The translations under genes were made by a program, and so were the position numbers. From a bacterium (GTDB taxonomy: Bacteria > Chloroflexota > Dormibacteria > Aeolococcales > Bog-877), in NCBI GenBank assembly GCA_021801645.1, contig JAJYXT010000065.1:7501-71500 (forward strand): 64,000 nucleotides of DNA, read 5' to 3'. Position 1 is the stretch's first letter; each line of letters starts with the position of its first letter. Below the pieces are notes generated by a model. The model was not told the origin of the DNA, did not search any database, and worked only from the letters and a program-made list of their open reading frames with translations. This document shows positions 41,594-52,058 of this stretch, piece by piece.

Positions 41594-42262
41594 ATGAGCC
41601 GCGAGGAGGTGGACCGAGGTCCTCACCCGGCCCGCCGCTGGGCCGGCCTGGCCGCGGCCGGAGTTGTCACCTACGTGCTGGTGGACGTCGCCCTGGCGCT
41701 TCTCCGCCCCGGCGTGAGCCTGGTGCACAACCCTGAGAGCGACTACGGGGTGGGGCCGTTCTCGTGGCTCATGGACCTGAATTTCCTGCTGCGCGGCACC
41801 CTCACCGCCTGCCTGCTGGTGGCTATCGTCAGGTGCTGGCGGCCGTCGTCAACAGCCCGTCTGGGAGTCGTCCTGCTGGCGGTGTGGGCTGCCTTCTCAG
41901 CCCTTCTCGCGGCCTTCCCGGACGATCCGCTGGGGACGCCCGCCACGGTCAGCGGTGCCATCCATCTGCTGCTGGCCCTGGTCGCCTTCCTGGGCGCACT
42001 GGTGGGCACCATCCTCCTCTCGCTGGCGGCGGGCCGCGTGCCCGCACTGCAGCGCGTGCGCGGAGGGCTGCTGGCTCTCGCCGTGCTCGCCGCCGTGCCC
42101 TTCCTGGCTCTCCTGCGGGCGGGCTTTCGCGCCGACAGCCCAGGTGGTCTCTACGAGCGCCTCTTCCTCGCCCTGGAGCTGGCTTGGATCCTGGTCGCCG
42201 CCTTGAGCTTGGTCCGGGAGCACGGACCGGCGCTGGCGGAGGGCGTCAGCTCCGCCCTCTGA
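41594..42262 (+). CDS. DUF998-like membrane protein
   Basis: SDYGVG, FPDD, HL, GLYERL pattern; several TMs. Confidence 0.75.
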   Translation: MSREEVDRGPHPARRWAGLAAAGVVTYVLVDVALALLRPGVSLVHNPESDYGVGPFSWLMDLNFLLRGTLTACLLVAIVRCWRPSSTARLGVVLLAVWAAFSALLAAFPDDPLGTPATVSGAIHLLLALVAFLGALVGTILLSLAAGRVPALQRVRGGLLALAVLAAVPFLALLRAGFRADSPGGLYERLFLALELAWILVAALSLVREHGPALAEGVSSAL

Positions 42263-42407
42263 GGCACGCGGCCCTCCACGGCGCCGGGCCAGAACCCATT
42301 CCCGGGGGGCGGGGGCCGAAGTGAGGAGCGCCGCGGCGCCTGACGCGGAGTGCGGCCAGGCGCCGCGGGCCGCTCAATCACTCTGCGGGGACGGCCCCCG
42401 GTCGAGA

Positions 42408-42980
42408 TCAGCCGGGTGTGGGCAGGGAGGTGGGCCGGCCCTTCCCGGAGGGCGTCGGCAGGGAGCTTGGGCGCCCCTTGCCGGGCGGAGTGGGAAGGGA
42501 AGTGGGGCGGCCGTGCCCCTTGGGGCTGGGCATCGGATTCGGCGTGCCCGACGGGTTGGCGTGGGCCGCGCGCTGCTGCTCGCCGTGGGTCTTGGCGTAG
42601 GCGCTGATGCAGCGGCCCACGTTGTGCCGGCCCTCCGACCCCGGGGTCGTCGCGGTGGCCGACGGCAGATACTGCGCCTTGCACCCCTGAAGGGCGTTCA
42701 CCACGTCCTGCCCCCAGGTCACGGGGCTGACGCTGTGGGTGACCACGGTGGCGGCGGCTCCGCCCCCTACCGCGGCCGCGGCCAGGGTGATCCCCGCCGC
42801 CGCTTTCATCGTGAGGCCGGCCAGGAACTGGGGCAGCATCGACATGTGTGGTCCTCCTTGCAGCGCCAGGGCGCGATACCGGGGCGCGGGCGGCGCCAGC
42901 CGCCCGACGTTCGCCTGCTGCTGGTGGAGCTCCTGTTCCAGCAGCCGGTCGAGGTCCGGAACGCTACTTCCCTGGGGCAT
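42408..42980 (-). CDS. Putative anti-sigma/membrane protein coupled to the ECF sigma
   Basis: Overlaps the sigma 3' end; short cytoplasmic helix, one TM, a Cys pair, and a C-terminal Pro/Thr repeat. Confidence 0.65.
   Translation of the reverse strand: MPQGSSVPDLDRLLEQELHQQQANVGRLAPPAPRYRALALQGGPHMSMLPQFLAGLTMKAAAGITLAAAAVGGGAAATVVTHSVSPVTWGQDVVNALQGCKAQYLPSATATTPGSEGRHNVGRCISAYAKTHGEQQRAAHANPSGTPNPMPSPKGHGRPTSLPTPPGKGRPSSLPTPSGKGRPTSLPTPG
42412..42520 (-). repeat. Three 36-bp coding tandem repeats (G[HK]GRP[TS]SLPTP[PSG])
   Basis: GHGRPTSLPTPP GKGRPSSLPTPS GKGRPTSLPTPG. Confidence 0.85.
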
Positions 42981-43578
42981 CTTCACCAGAGGAAACGCCC
43001 TTGGTCGGTGAATCAACCATCCCCTCTCCGTACTCACTTCCCAGCCGGGCCCGGAGCCGGTTCTTGGCCGCCGCCAGCCTTGATGCCACCGTCTGCTCCG
43101 GGACCCTGAGGGCGACCGCGATCTCCCGGTTGGAGTAGCCGTGGAGGTGACGCAGGACGATCACCGCCGCCTGCTTTGGCGGCAGGGCAGCCAGCTCCCT
43201 CGTGAGCACCGAACCCTCGGCAGCCGCGGGGTCGGGACCGGGCGCCGGTTGGCCCAGCCGCCGCACCAGCTCACCCACCTGGCGCAACCGCTCGCGGCGG
43301 CGGTGGGAGACGGCCACATTGATGGCGATCCGGTGGAGCCAGGCCTCCGCCGGGGCCACCTCCCGCCACCTGGGCCAGGCCCGGTAGGCCCGGACGAAGG
43401 CCTCCTGAGCGCAATCCTCGGCGGCCTCGCGGTCGTGCAGCATCCCCAACAGGGTCGCCATGATGCGGGGATACGCCACCCGGTAGAGGCGGTCGAAGTC
43501 CTCGGCGTTCCCGGGCCGGTAGGGCGCGGCCCCGGGCTCCCCGGACGGCGGGTCGGACTGGGCCGGTGGGGTGGTCAA
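42964..43578 (-). CDS. ECF RNA polymerase sigma factor
   Basis: AEDCAQEAFVRA, AWLHRIAIN, region 4 YSNREIA..TVASRL. Confidence 0.93.
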   Translation of the reverse strand: MTTPPAQSDPPSGEPGAAPYRPGNAEDFDRLYRVAYPRIMATLLGMLHDREAAEDCAQEAFVRAYRAWPRWREVAPAEAWLHRIAINVAVSHRRRERLRQVGELVRRLGQPAPGPDPAAAEGSVLTRELAALPPKQAAVIVLRHLHGYSNREIAVALRVPEQTVASRLAAAKNRLRARLGSEYGEGMVDSPTKGVSSGEDAPGK

Positions 43579-43634
43579 CGCGCACGGGCCATCGCCAAAG
43601 AAACGCTCCAGCGGCCCTGATCACCCAGGAGCGG

Positions 43635-44273
43635 TCAGCTGAGAAGTGGGACAAAGCGGCAGAGCCCCAGCCCCTCCCGCTGCCACTCCCCCCCGACACC
43701 ACGGCGGAGACGCACCAGGTCCTGCTCCTCCGGAGCCCCCAGCGGAGCCAGGATGGTGCCCCCCTCCGCCACCTGCCCCAGTAGCTCTTCCGGCACCATT
43801 TCGGTGGCGGCGGAGATCACCACCGCCTGGAAGGGAGCGCGGTCTGGGGCTCCCCGGCGGCCATCCTGGCAGCGGACCTCAACGTTCCCCACCCCGGCCC
43901 GGCTCAGATTGTGCCGGGCGGTCGCGGCCAGCTCAGGGATCAGCTCCAGGGTCACCACCTCAAGGGCTCCTGCGGCTCGCAGCACCGCGGCCATGTAGCC
44001 GCTGCCGGCCCCCACCTCCAGGACCCTCGCCCCAGAAAGGGGAAGCAGCGCGGCCACCATGGCCCCCACCATCTCTGGCTGAGAGCAGGTCTGCCCGAAG
44101 CCTATGGCCAGAGGCCGGTTCTGATAGGCGAGCGGGCGCAGAGGGAGCGGCAGGAAGAGCTCCCTCGGGACCCGCCGGAGCGCCGCCGATGCCGCCGGGG
44201 CGAGGGCCGGCGCGAGCCCTGCCCAGAGCTCTTCCCGCTCCTCCCTCAGCCGGCGCTCAGGATCTGGAGGCAG
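43635..44273 (-). CDS. pcm: Protein-L-isoaspartate O-methyltransferase; CTG start inferred
   Basis: VLEVGAGSGY, APFQAV, CRFVPL. The conserved N-terminus VPRELF...AY..PLAIGFGQTCSQP is upstream of the first ATG (44072); in-frame CTG at 44249 and 44273. Confidence 0.9.
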   Translation of the reverse strand: MPPDPERRLREEREELWAGLAPALAPAASAALRRVPRELFLPLPLRPLAYQNRPLAIGFGQTCSQPEMVGAMVAALLPLSGARVLEVGAGSGYMAAVLRAAGALEVVTLELIPELAATARHNLSRAGVGNVEVRCQDGRRGAPDRAPFQAVVISAATEMVPEELLGQVAEGGTILAPLGAPEEQDLVRLRRGVGGEWQREGLGLCRFVPLLS

Positions 44274-44959
44274 TGGTTGACGTCCTCGCTGTACAGGTCG
44301 GTCGGCACCCGGGCCGGGACGGCGCCCCGGCCTACGGGCATGAAGAAACCGTACTGGGGGGAGGGGTTGACCAGCGCCAGTGGGATCCCCTGCCGCACCG
44401 GAGGGAAGACCGCCAGCAACCAGACCGCGGCCCCGGGGTTCACGTCCGCCGAGCAGAGATCCAGCCGGTTGCTGGAGAGGACCAGGATGGGCCGGATCGG
44501 ATCGTAGTAGCTGAGCTGCACCTGGCTCTGCGCCCCGGGGGGGACGAGGTGGGCCGTGCCACCATTGGCGGCGGTGGTCTCCAGCACCGTCTGGGTGAGG
44601 CCCACGCCGCAGGTGGACGCCCCTGGGTTCCGGGCCAGAGCCACCACCTCCAGGAGTGGTCCCAACCCCGCCAGCTGGCGAGCGTCCCGGGCCTCCGACC
44701 CGGAGAGGAGCGGGAGGATGTCCGCCAGCGGCACCTGGCGGCTGTAGTAGAAGGCGATGCTGCTGTGATCCACATAGAAGCCGCCGTCCGGGCTGCAGGC
44801 GGCGCTACCCTGGCTCACCGGCCGCGCGTGGGAGCTGACTGGGAGCTGGCGGGTGAGAGCCCGCTGTGCGTCGGCGGCGCTGGTCACCCCGGCTCCGCAC
44901 GCCGAGAGGGCGAGGGCCAGCAGCGCCAGCGCCCCGACCGCCTTTCGGGGCAAGGGCAC
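44246..44959 (-). CDS. Hypothetical lipoprotein
   Basis: SD GGAGG and GTG; signal peptide with lipobox LSAC; four further Cys. Confidence 0.75.
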   Translation of the reverse strand: MPLPRKAVGALALLALALSACGAGVTSAADAQRALTRQLPVSSHARPVSQGSAACSPDGGFYVDHSSIAFYYSRQVPLADILPLLSGSEARDARQLAGLGPLLEVVALARNPGASTCGVGLTQTVLETTAANGGTAHLVPPGAQSQVQLSYYDPIRPILVLSSNRLDLCSADVNPGAAVWLLAVFPPVRQGIPLALVNPSPQYGFFMPVGRGAVPARVPTDLYSEDVNHCLQILSAG

Positions 44960-44961
44960 GG

Positions 44962-45546
44962 CTACCTCCCGGGATCCGGGGAGAGAGAGCCGGCGAGAAG
45001 CTCCGAACGGGTGAAGATGGCTCGCAGCCGGTGTCCGGCGGCCTCCACCCGCTCCCGGCCCCCCTCCTCTCGGTCCAGCAGGGTGTAGAGGCACACCACC
45101 CGGGCGCCGGCGGCCTGCACCCGCTCCGCCGCGGCGAGGAGCGAGCCTCCACTGGTGAGGGCGTCGTCTACCACGGCCACCGGCTGGCCCGGGGTGGGGG
45201 GAGGGCCGGCGAACTCCCCGCCCACCCCGTGCTCCTTGGTGCCCTTGCGGACGATGAAGGCCCCCACCCGGGGTCCCTGGTCCAGGGCGCTGCAGAGGGC
45301 CACCGCGGTGACCATGGGGTCGGCTCCCAGGGTTGGCCCGCAGACCGCCTCGGCTCCATCCTCGCGGGCGAACTCCAGGAGCGCGCGCCCCACCAGGAGG
45401 GACCCCATCGGGTCCAGGGTCACCAGCCGGCCATCGAAGTAGTAGGGGCTGCGACGGCCGCTGGTCAGAAGGAAGTCGCCCACCTTGAAGGCTCGGTCCA
45501 GCATCAGCCGGAGGAGGGTCTCCCGCTCCCCCTCGCTGAGCGGCAT
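44962..45546 (-). CDS. pyrE: Orotate phosphoribosyltransferase
   Basis: FLLTSGRRSPYYFD, RKGTKEHG, VVDDALTSGGS. Confidence 0.94.
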   Translation of the reverse strand: MPLSEGERETLLRLMLDRAFKVGDFLLTSGRRSPYYFDGRLVTLDPMGSLLVGRALLEFAREDGAEAVCGPTLGADPMVTAVALCSALDQGPRVGAFIVRKGTKEHGVGGEFAGPPPTPGQPVAVVDDALTSGGSLLAAAERVQAAGARVVCLYTLLDREEGGRERVEAAGHRLRAIFTRSELLAGSLSPDPGR

Positions 45547-47030
45547 CAGCCGCCGGTCTGGGGCCGCCAGCGCAGCACCAGCTGGCGCGCCGCCCGCACC
45601 TCGTCCACCCGCCCCACCGGCGCCTGGTGGGGCGCCGAGAGCAGGACCTCGGGGTCGCGTCCCCCCTCCTCCACGATCAGGCGCACGATCTCCGCCAGGT
45701 CGTCCAGGGAGCGCTTGGACTCGGTCTCGGTGACCTCGAACATCATCGCCTCGGGGACGGTGATGGGGAAGTAAACGGTGGGCGGATGGACCCCGTAGTC
45801 GATCATCCGCTTGGCGATGTCCAGGGCCCTCAGCGCCGGGTGGGCCGAGCGCTTGGGGGTGGCCACGAACTCGTGGAAGGTGTCGGTCTCCAGCTGGGTG
45901 GGCAGCACCTGGCGAAGTCGGGCGCGCAGGTAGCGGCTGTTGAGCACCGCATCCCGGGCGACCTCCCCGATCTCGTTCCCATAGGCGAGGATGTAGGCGT
46001 AGGCGCGGACCAGCATGCCGAAGTTCCCGAAGTAGGAGCGGACCTTGCCCACGCTCTGGGGGAGGTCGGAATCGAGGAGGTAGCCGTCATCCTGGCGGCG
46101 GATCCGGGGGACGGGGAGATACGGCTCCAGCTCGGCCCTCACCCCCACCGGACCGGCGCCGGGCCCGCCCCCCCCGTGGGGGGTGGAGAAGGTCTTGTGG
46201 AGGTTCAGGTGGACCACGTCGAAGCCCATGTCCCCAGGCCGGGCCACCCCCACCAGGGCGTTCAGGTTGGCGCCGTCGTAGTAGACGAGGGCTCCCGCAC
46301 GGTGAGCCATCCCCGCCATCTCCTCGATCGAGCGCTCGAAGATCCCAAGGGTGTTGGGGTTGGTGAGCATCACCGCCGCCACGTCGGGGCCGAGCTTGGC
46401 CCGTAGGTCCGTGAGGTCCACCGTGCCGTCGGCTGAGCTGGCCACCGTCTCCACCTGGAAGCCGAGCTGGGCGGCGCTCGCCGGGTTGGTGCCATGGGCG
46501 GTGTCCGGCACGATCACCTTGGTCCGGGAGTGGTCTCCCCGACTGCGGTGGTGCGCCTGGATCATGCGGAGTCCGGTCCACTCGCCATGGGCCCCGGCGG
46601 CTGGCTGTAGCGAGACTGCGTCCATCCCGGTGATCTCGCAGAGGAGTCGCTCCAGCTCCCACATCAGCTCAAGTGCCCCCTGGATCGACTCCACCGGCTG
46701 CCAGGGATGCAGGTCGGCGAACCCCGGGAGTGCCGCCACCCGCTCGTTGATGGCGGGGTTGTACTTCATGGTGCAGGACCCCAGCGGGTAGCCGCCCTCC
46801 TGCAGGTTGTGGTTGCGCCGTGCCAGCCGGCCGAAGTGACGAGCCAGGTCGGGCTCGCTCACCTGGGGGATGCGGGCGGGGACTCGGCGGCGCCAGCGGT
46901 CCGGGATGCCCTCCTCCACCGCCGGGCCGGGCACCCCGGCCGAGGGCAGCCTGGGTCCGGAGCCGGCCTCCTTGGCGATCTCGAAAACCAGGGGCTCCTC
47001 TCCCGCCCACGCCGGCTGAGGGCTGCTCAC
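45546..47030 (-). CDS. gcvPB: Glycine dehydrogenase subunit 2
   Basis: PLGSCTMKYNP, QPAAGAHGE, HLNLHKTFSTPHGGGGPG. Confidence 0.96.
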   Translation of the reverse strand: MSSPQPAWAGEEPLVFEIAKEAGSGPRLPSAGVPGPAVEEGIPDRWRRRVPARIPQVSEPDLARHFGRLARRNHNLQEGGYPLGSCTMKYNPAINERVAALPGFADLHPWQPVESIQGALELMWELERLLCEITGMDAVSLQPAAGAHGEWTGLRMIQAHHRSRGDHSRTKVIVPDTAHGTNPASAAQLGFQVETVASSADGTVDLTDLRAKLGPDVAAVMLTNPNTLGIFERSIEEMAGMAHRAGALVYYDGANLNALVGVARPGDMGFDVVHLNLHKTFSTPHGGGGPGAGPVGVRAELEPYLPVPRIRRQDDGYLLDSDLPQSVGKVRSYFGNFGMLVRAYAYILAYGNEIGEVARDAVLNSRYLRARLRQVLPTQLETDTFHEFVATPKRSAHPALRALDIAKRMIDYGVHPPTVYFPITVPEAMMFEVTETESKRSLDDLAEIVRLIVEEGGRDPEVLLSAPHQAPVGRVDEVRAARQLVLRWRPQTGG

Positions 47031-48382
47031 GCCATCACCTCGGCCGGACGGGCCTCCTGGACCACGCCGAGCAGCGCGGTCCGGTAGCGATCGATGGCTC
47101 CCGGCGGGGACATCTCGGTGGCGCAGACCAGGATCCGGTTCCCCCCCAGGGGATGTCCGGCGAGGATGCCCTCCTCCGCGAGCCGGCGGCAGACCTCCTC
47201 CCCGGGAAGCGGCGTCTCCAGGACGAACTCCCAGAGGAACTCTCCGGGGAGAGGCAGCCGGCAGCCCGGAAGCTCGGAGAGCAGCTGGGCCAGCCGGTGG
47301 GCCCGCCGGTAGGAGATGTCGGCCACCTGGCGGAGGCCGGCCGAGCCCATCTTGGCGAGATACGCGGTCGCCGCCAGGGCCATGAGCGCGTGGTTGGTGC
47401 AGATGTTGGAGGTGGCCCGCTCCCTCCGGATGTGCTGCTCGCGAGTCTGCAGCGTGAGGGTGTAGGCCCGGCCACCGCGGCTGTCCACGGTGAGGCCGAC
47501 GAGCCGCCCCGGCATCCGCCGCACCAGCTCCTGACGGCAGGCCAGCAGCCCGACGGTCGGCCCTCCCAGCTGCGGGGGGATCCCCAGCTGCTGCCCGTCC
47601 CCGGCGGCCAGGTCCGCGCCCTCGGCGCCGGGAGGCTGGACCACGGCGGCGGCCACCGGGTCCGCGGCAACCAGGCCGAGGGCGCCCTTGGCATGGGCCA
47701 GCTCCATCAGCTCCGCCACCGGCTCCAGCTGTCCGAAGAAATTGGGTTGGGGGACCGCCAGCACCGCCGCCGGCGAGGCGGCGAGTGCGGCCTCGGCCGC
47801 GGCAAGGTCGGTCGTGCCCCGGGCGGAGGCGGGAAGCAGCTCCAGCTCCGCACCTCGGCCGTCCGCGTATGTCTGCAGCACCCGAAGGGTCTCCGGGTGC
47901 AGCGTCGAGGCGGCCAGGATCCTAGCCCTCCCGGTGTGGGCCACCGCCAGCAGAGCACCCTCGGCCACCGCCGTGGCGCCGTCGTACATGGAGGCGTTGG
48001 CCACATCCAGGTCGTACAGCTCCGCCACCATCGACTGGAACTCGAAGATGGTCTGCAGGTACCCCTGGCTGGCCTCCGCCTGGTAGGGCGTGTAGGCGGT
48101 GTAAAACTCCGGTCGGGCGATGGTGGCCAGCACGACCGCCGGGATGAAGCGGGAGTAGATCCCGGCGCCCAGGAAGCAATCCCACCTCGCCAGCTCTCGG
48201 TTGCGGCGCGCCAGCCGCTCCAACTCGGCGGCCAGCTCCGGCTCGCTCAGCGGCTCAGGCAGGTCGAGGCGGCGGCCCAGGAGGTGGCGCGGAACTTCGC
48301 GGAACAACTCGTCCACCGACCGGGCGCCGATCTCGGCAAGCATCTCGGCGCGCTCAGTCTCGGTGTTGGGCAGGTAGGCCAT
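47027..48382 (-). CDS. gcvPA: Glycine dehydrogenase subunit 1
   Basis: YTAYTPYQAEASQG, NASMYDG, REQHIRRERATSNICTN. Confidence 0.96.
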   Translation of the reverse strand: MAYLPNTETERAEMLAEIGARSVDELFREVPRHLLGRRLDLPEPLSEPELAAELERLARRNRELARWDCFLGAGIYSRFIPAVVLATIARPEFYTAYTPYQAEASQGYLQTIFEFQSMVAELYDLDVANASMYDGATAVAEGALLAVAHTGRARILAASTLHPETLRVLQTYADGRGAELELLPASARGTTDLAAAEAALAASPAAVLAVPQPNFFGQLEPVAELMELAHAKGALGLVAADPVAAAVVQPPGAEGADLAAGDGQQLGIPPQLGGPTVGLLACRQELVRRMPGRLVGLTVDSRGGRAYTLTLQTREQHIRRERATSNICTNHALMALAATAYLAKMGSAGLRQVADISYRRAHRLAQLLSELPGCRLPLPGEFLWEFVLETPLPGEEVCRRLAEEGILAGHPLGGNRILVCATEMSPPGAIDRYRTALLGVVQEARPAEVMA

Positions 48383-48420
48383 GACCGTTCCTCAGAACTT
48401 CAAGCTTCGGATGGCGGCGC

Positions 48421-48810
48421 TCAGTGGGAGTCGCTCTCCGCGAACGCATCGTACGCCTGAGGATCGAGAAGGCCGGTCGGGATCTCGCCCTCCAGCCGCA
48501 CACGGAGAAGCCAGCCGGCGCCCTGGGCGTCCTGGTTGACCACCTCCGGAGCGGAGACCGCCGCCTGGTTCACCTCGACGACCTCGCCACTCACCGGCGA
48601 GTAGAGGTCGCTGGCGGCCTTGACTGACTCGACCGCACCGAAGCGCTGGCCGGCGGTGAGATGCGCCCCGGCCGACGGGAGCTCGAGGAATATGACGTCG
48701 CCGAGCTGGGCCTGCGCATGGTCACTGATGCCGATCACCGCCTCTCCCGCCCCCTCGGGGCGCACCCACTCGTGGGTCTTGGTGAAGCGGACAAGGCTGG
48801 GGTCAGACAC
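48421..48810 (-). CDS. gcvH: Glycine cleavage H protein
   Basis: THEW, LGDVIF, lipoyl motif VESVKAASD. Confidence 0.96.
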   Translation of the reverse strand: MSDPSLVRFTKTHEWVRPEGAGEAVIGISDHAQAQLGDVIFLELPSAGAHLTAGQRFGAVESVKAASDLYSPVSGEVVEVNQAAVSAPEVVNQDAQGAGWLLRVRLEGEIPTGLLDPQAYDAFAESDSH

Positions 48811-48846
48811 GGGGGCACCTCCTCTCGACTGCGGGACGCTGGACGC

Positions 48847-49947
48847 TCACGTGGGCCGGCGATAGAACGGCAGCGCCACCACCTGTGCCCGGCCCCTCTC
48901 GGCCGGGTCGGCACGCAGCGCCACCTCGACCTCGCTTCCTTTGGGAGCCGAGCCGGGCCGGACGTAGCCCATGGCGATCCCGGCTCCCACTGAGAAGCCG
49001 TAGCTGCCGCTGGTCACCTCACCAATGGGCTGGCCGGCTGCCAGGATCGCCTGGTGGGGTCGGGGGATCCCCCGCCCGAGGAGGCGCAGGCCGATGAACG
49101 AGAGCTGGGGTTCGGCCTTGGCCCGGACCAACGCCTCCCGGCCGACGAACTCCCCCTTGTCCAGCTTCACGACCCAGCCCAGCCCTGCGCTGATCGGTTC
49201 TCGCTCCAGGGTGATGTCCTGACCGTACAGCCGAAAGCCGGCCTCCAGACGGAGGGTGTCCCGGGCTCCCAACCCGGCGGGCAGCAACCCATGGCTCCGG
49301 CCGTGATCAAGGATGCCTTGGAAGAGCCCCTCGGCCGCCTCCCGGTCGCAGTACAGCTCAAAGCCGTCCTCTCCGGTGTAGCCGGTGCGGGAGAGCCGCA
49401 CCGGCACCCCGAGCACGCGTCCAGGCTGATGGTGGTAGTAGGAGATCGCACCCAGGTCGGCCCCGTCGGCGAGCGGGGCGAGGATCTGGAGCGAGAGCGG
49501 GCCCTGCAGCGCCAGCAGGCAGGTCTGGTCCGACTGGTCTTCCAACTCGACCCCAGAGGGCGGCAGCTGCCGTCCCATCCACTCCAGATCGTCATCGTGG
49601 CGTGCCGCGTTGACCACACACATGTAGTCGTCGGGGTCGCGGTACACCAGCAGGTCGTCGACGATCCCGCCGTCCTCCCGGCACATCACCGTGTAGAGCG
49701 CCTGGCCGACCGCGAGCTTGCCGACGTCGTTGGTCACCAGCCGCTGGAGGTAGGCCTGGGCGCCCGGGCCGCCGACCCGGACCTCGCCCATGTGGGAGAC
49801 GTCGAAGAGCCCGGCGCGCTCCCGAACCGCCTGGTGCTCATCCCTGATGCTGCTGTACTGGAGAGGCATCTGGTAGCCGGCGAACGGCACCATCCTGGCT
49901 CCCAGCCGGCGATGCAGGGCACCCAGTGGCACCTCCCTTTCGCTCAC
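48847..49947 (-). CDS. gcvT: Glycine cleavage aminomethyltransferase T
   Basis: FAGYQMP, GLFDVSHMG, RTGYTGEDGFE, GLGARDTLRLEAG; GTG overlaps the upstream stop. Confidence 0.96.
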   Translation of the reverse strand: MSEREVPLGALHRRLGARMVPFAGYQMPLQYSSIRDEHQAVRERAGLFDVSHMGEVRVGGPGAQAYLQRLVTNDVGKLAVGQALYTVMCREDGGIVDDLLVYRDPDDYMCVVNAARHDDDLEWMGRQLPPSGVELEDQSDQTCLLALQGPLSLQILAPLADGADLGAISYYHHQPGRVLGVPVRLSRTGYTGEDGFELYCDREAAEGLFQGILDHGRSHGLLPAGLGARDTLRLEAGFRLYGQDITLEREPISAGLGWVVKLDKGEFVGREALVRAKAEPQLSFIGLRLLGRGIPRPHQAILAAGQPIGEVTSGSYGFSVGAGIAMGYVRPGSAPKGSEVEVALRADPAERGRAQVVALPFYRRPT

Positions 49948-50552
49948 TCTGGATCCTCCAAGGCGCCGAGGACTTCCGCCATCTCCCGATCGTACTGAAG
50001 GCGGGCCTCGTCCACCGCCCTCCGGAGCTGGGCAGTTCGGTCCACCGTCCAGCCCAGGTGCGCGGCGAGCTCCAGGTCGGAGGCCGGGCGGCCCAGCTCC
50101 GCCTCCAAGGCCACCGCCGCCAGCGCCAACCGCTCTCCGTCCTCGGCCCAACGGCGGTCCGCCTCCCTGGCAGCCTGCGCTTCCAGGAGCGCCCCGCGCA
50201 CGGTGTCGTCGACGGCCTGCCGGACCGCCTCCTGGAACTCCCGAGGCGTGATCTGCGGATGAGGCGCCAGGCCCTGGACCACCTTCAGCAGGGCGGTGGT
50301 CCCGTCCTGGAAGAGGTCGCCGGCGTCCTGCCCCTCGTCCCGCCGAGCCACCTCCTCGAGGACCAGCCAGAGGTGGTGTTGGGCGAGGAGCCGACGGGGG
50401 CGGGCGTCCAGCCCCTGCTCGGAGACCTCCGCCAAGAGCGCCGCCACCTCCGCGTCCGGCAGCCTCGGATGCTCGGCCACCAGCTCGCGCAACCGGACCA
50501 GCTCCCGGTCCGGCCCCTCCTCCGACGGCTCCCCCGAGGAAGGCGCTCCCAC
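49944..50552 (-). CDS. Degenerate sigma70-like protein (regions 1.2/2/3, no region 4)
   Basis: HHLWLV (cf. NLRLV), DLFQDGTTALLK (cf. DLIQEGxxGL), ELGRPASDLELAAHLGW (region 3); GTG 7 nt after TATACT. Confidence 0.7.
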   Translation of the reverse strand: MGAPSSGEPSEEGPDRELVRLRELVAEHPRLPDAEVAALLAEVSEQGLDARPRRLLAQHHLWLVLEEVARRDEGQDAGDLFQDGTTALLKVVQGLAPHPQITPREFQEAVRQAVDDTVRGALLEAQAAREADRRWAEDGERLALAAVALEAELGRPASDLELAAHLGWTVDRTAQLRRAVDEARLQYDREMAEVLGALEDPE

Positions 50553-50606
50553 GTCCTGGAGTATAGGCGCGGCCCGGCCTTCCCCCGGCCTCGGTACACT
50601 CGGGCG

Positions 50607-52049
<1,443 letters not shown>

Positions 52050-52058
52050 GGCCGGGAG

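Noticed and set aside
49947-50050. Glycine riboswitch before gcvT
   Set aside because: The region is coding, with a GTGA overlap, and shows no aptamer motifs.
49926-50606. Apparent 227-aa N-terminal extension of zwf, and similar extensions of gcvT, lepB, plsX, rnpA and the ABC permease
   Set aside because: These overlap real neighbouring genes; better starts with -10 or SD signals lie at the conserved N-termini.
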